A stretch of 64,000 bases of DNA from Octopus sinensis (Eukaryota). Positions 61,110 to 64,000 of the stretch are shown piece by piece; positions within the stretch are counted from its first letter, which is position 1, and every line of letters starts with the position of its first letter. A program made the position numbers and the translations under genes. The notes below the pieces were generated by a model, which saw only the letters and a list, made by a program, of their open reading frames with translations, did not search any database and had not been told where the DNA came from. The stretch is from NCBI RefSeq assembly GCF_006345805.1, contig NC_043003.1, positions 107,198,001 to 107,262,000 on the forward strand, given 5' to 3'.

Positions 61110-62001
61110 TAAAAAGCACCAACTGATCATGGCTGATGCCAGTGACCCCTGACTGGCTCTTGTGCTGGTGGCACGTAAAAAGCACTGTCCAAGCGTGGTC
61201 AATGCCAGGCCCGCCTGACTGGCTCTTGTGCCAGTGGCACATAAAAAGCACCAACTGATTCGTAGTCGATGCCAGTAACCCCTCACTGGCTCTTATGCCA
61301 GTAGCACATAAAAAGCAAGGGTCCGAACATGGTCGATGCCAGGTCTGCCTGACTGGCTCCTGTGCCAGTAGCATGTAAAAAGCCCCATCCAAACATGGCC
61401 AATGCCAGTGCCCCCTGACTGGCTCGTGTCAGTGGCATGTGAAAAGCACCGTCCGAATGTGGTCGATGCCAGATCTGCCTGACTGGCTCCTGTGCCAGTA
61501 GCATGTAAAAAGCCCCACCCAAACATGGCCAATGCCAGTGCCTGGCACTTGTGTTGGTGGCACGTAAAAAGCACCATCCGAATGTGGTCGATGCCAGGTC
61601 TATCTGACTGGCTCTTGTGCTAGTGGCACATAAAAAGCACCAACTGATCGTGGCCAATGCCAGTGCCCCCCTGACTGGCTCTTGTGCCGGTGGCATGTAA
61701 AAAGCACTGTCCGAACATGATCGATGCCAGTGCCCCCCTGACTGGCTCTTGTGCCGGTGGCATGTAAAAAGCACTGTCCAAGCATGGTCAATGCCAGTGC
61801 CCCCTGACTGGCTCTTGTGCCGGTGGCACGAAAAAGCACCCACTACTTTCAGAGTGGTTAGTGTTAGGAAGGGCATCAAGCTGTAGAAACTCTGCCAGAT
61901 CAGATTGGAGGCTGGTGCAGCCATTGGCTCTCCTGACCTCAGTCGAACAGTCCAACCCAAGCAAGCATGGAATACGGACATTAAACGATGCTGATGATGA
62001 T
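61110..62001 (+). mobile_element. RTE 3' UTR with an expanded array (12 AAAAAGCAC-type motifs, ~65-bp period)
   Basis: Motifs counted from 61111 to 61831, followed by the usual core and a GATGCTGATGATGATG tail. Confidence 0.88.
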
Positions 62002-62221
62002 GTAGTCTCAGAGAGATTATATCTAAAGAAGAAAAAGAGCAGTAGAAAACTCAAACCACTAATTATGGATAAATTCTCGAAAGGATTGAAAATTAAAAAT
62101 GCGTTCTAATGTACACAATATTTTTATGTGAATAATATATAGTCTATTGACTTTTTTTTTGTGCTAGGCCACTGGTAATAATAATTTCTATAATTCTTAT
62201 TACCTTAATATTTTTTATTAT

Positions 62222-62257
<36 letters not shown>

Positions 62258-63198
62258 GTGTGTGTGTATGTTTGTGTGTCTGTGTTTGTCCCTGCAACAT
62301 CGCTTTGCAACCGATGGTGGTGTGTTTATGTCCCCATCACTCAGCAGTTTGGCAAGAGAGACCAATGGAATAAGTACTAGGCTTACAAAGAATAAGTCCT
62401 GGGGTTGATTTGCTTGACTAAAGGCAGTGCTCCAGCATGGCCGCAGTCAAATGACTGAAACCAGTAAAAGAGTAAAGAGAGTATTTGATGGCATTTAAAT
62501 GTTTTCCAAAAACATCATCATCAACATCATCATCGTTTAACGTCCGTTTTCCATGCTAGCATGGGTTGGATGGTTTGACCGGGGTCTGGGAAGCCAGGAA
62601 GCTGCACCAGGCTCCAGTCTGTTCTGGCAGTGTTTCTACAGCTGGATGCCCTTTCTAACGTCAACCACTCCGTGAGTGTAGTGGGTGCTTTTTACATGCC
62701 ACTGACACAGGAGCCAGAGAAGGCTGTCAACAACCACGATCGGTTGGTGCTTTTTACCAAAAAATCCCCCCAGGCCCAATATGCACTTAACTGCTTTAGA
62801 CATTCCATGCCTTAACTCTCTCGTGTTCAGATTTCTCTGTCAAATGTGTACTGGCACTCCATTGGTTACGATGATGAGGATGCCAGTTGATCCAATCAAC
62901 GGAACAGCTTGCTTGTGAGACTAACATGCAAGTGGTTGAGTACTCCACAGACACACGTATCCCTTCACATACTTCTCAGGGAGATTCAGTGTGACACAGA
63001 GCATGACAAGGCTGGCCCCTTTGAAATACAACTCATTTTTGCCAGATGAGCGGACTGGAGCAACATGAAATAAAGTGTTTTGCTCAAGGACACAATGTGC
63101 CGCCACCGAGAATAGAACTTGCAACCCTACGATCACAAGCCTAACACCCTAACCCCTAAGCCACGTGCCTTCACATCTGTGAAATGTCATGTTTGGTT

Positions 63199-63604
63199 AC
63201 TCTTTTTACTCTTTTACTTGTTTCAGTCATTTGACTGCGGTCATGCTGGAGCACCGCCTTTAATCGAGCAACTTGACCCCACCGGGACTTATTCTTTGGA
63301 AGCCTAGTAGTTATTCTATCAGTCTCTTTTGCCGAACCGCGAAGTAACGGGGACATAAACACACCAGCATTGGTTGTCAAGCAATGCTGGGGGGACAAAC
63401 ACAGACACACAAACACACTCGCACATATATATGCATATATACGATGGGCTTCTTTCAGTTTCCGTCTACCAAATCCACTCACAAGGCTTTGGTCAGCCCG
63501 AGGCTATAGTAGAAGACACTTGCCCAAGGTGTCACGCAGTGGGACTGAACCCAGAACCATGTGGTTGGTAAACAAGCTACTTACCACACAGCCACTCCTG
63601 CGCC
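63199..63604 (-). mobile_element. SINE family B copy
   Basis: Reverse-complement match to 50282-50692. Confidence 0.9.
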
Positions 63605-64000
63605 TGTTATTCACATTGTTTTGAATTAATCATGGATTATCTCATAGCTTCAAGATTTCAATGATGTAACTGTTTATTTTTGGAATGACAATGTAGGGTA
63701 GGTGTGAGAGGCTGGATCTAGCCAGTTTAACCATAAAGCAAGTAGAATATTTGAGCTGGATATGGTTAGATTAAATAATAAAAGGTGAATGTACTAAGAA
63801 CATTCTTTCTTTCTTTCTTTCTTTCTTTCTTCTTTCTTTCCTTCTTTCTTTCTTTCTTTCTCTCTTTCTTTCTTTTACTCTTAATACGTGTTGCTGAAAT
63901 TCAAGTCTGTTTAAAATGCCGGCGTGTCTTTTAGGCCATCAAATATGGTAAAGCAGACAAAGAAAATAATAATTATAATGTTAACGAACTATTTATAGAC

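Noticed and set aside
61861-62109. ORF ending LYLKKKKSSRKLKPLIMDKFSKGLKIKNAF
   Set aside because: Begins inside an RTE UTR, reads through its tail, and has no splice or homology support.
62811-63790. TTAA-type MITE split by two SINEs
   Set aside because: Rests on my recollection of an octopus repeat; the terminal repeats are too decayed to support it from this window.

Overview
AT-rich, microsatellite- and transposon-dense animal genomic DNA. The repeat repertoire suggests an octopus or other cephalopod (inference). Nearly all of the ~300 ORFs in the track are translations of microsatellites or SINEs. I can support two coding exons of one minus-strand host gene resembling IQCG/DRC9 (60124-60368 and 25932-26060). 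They splice in frame across a ~34 kb intron (GAC AG|A CAG TAT = D-R-Q-Y). The rest is largely nested mobile DNA: four tRNA-headed SINE families, many 5'-truncated RTE LINE ends with hairpin-rich 3' UTR arrays, R4/Dong-like and other REL-type LINE fragments, mariner/Tc1 and hAT remnants, and a U6 snRNA pseudogene. The most unusual signals are: (i) nine hammerhead-ribozyme (HHR) motifs in three repeat families, one a SINE built as tRNA head + microsatellite + minimal Penelope-type HHR; (ii) three consecutive, unrelated fold-back palindromes in 58374-59605 (mariner 3' end, back-to-back HHRs, U6 with its 3' flank), with more fold-backs at 11138-11548 and 15141-15677. All homology calls come from reading and recalled family motifs; no search or folding program was run. 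Repeat boundaries are approximate (about +/-10-20 nt) unless described base by base.
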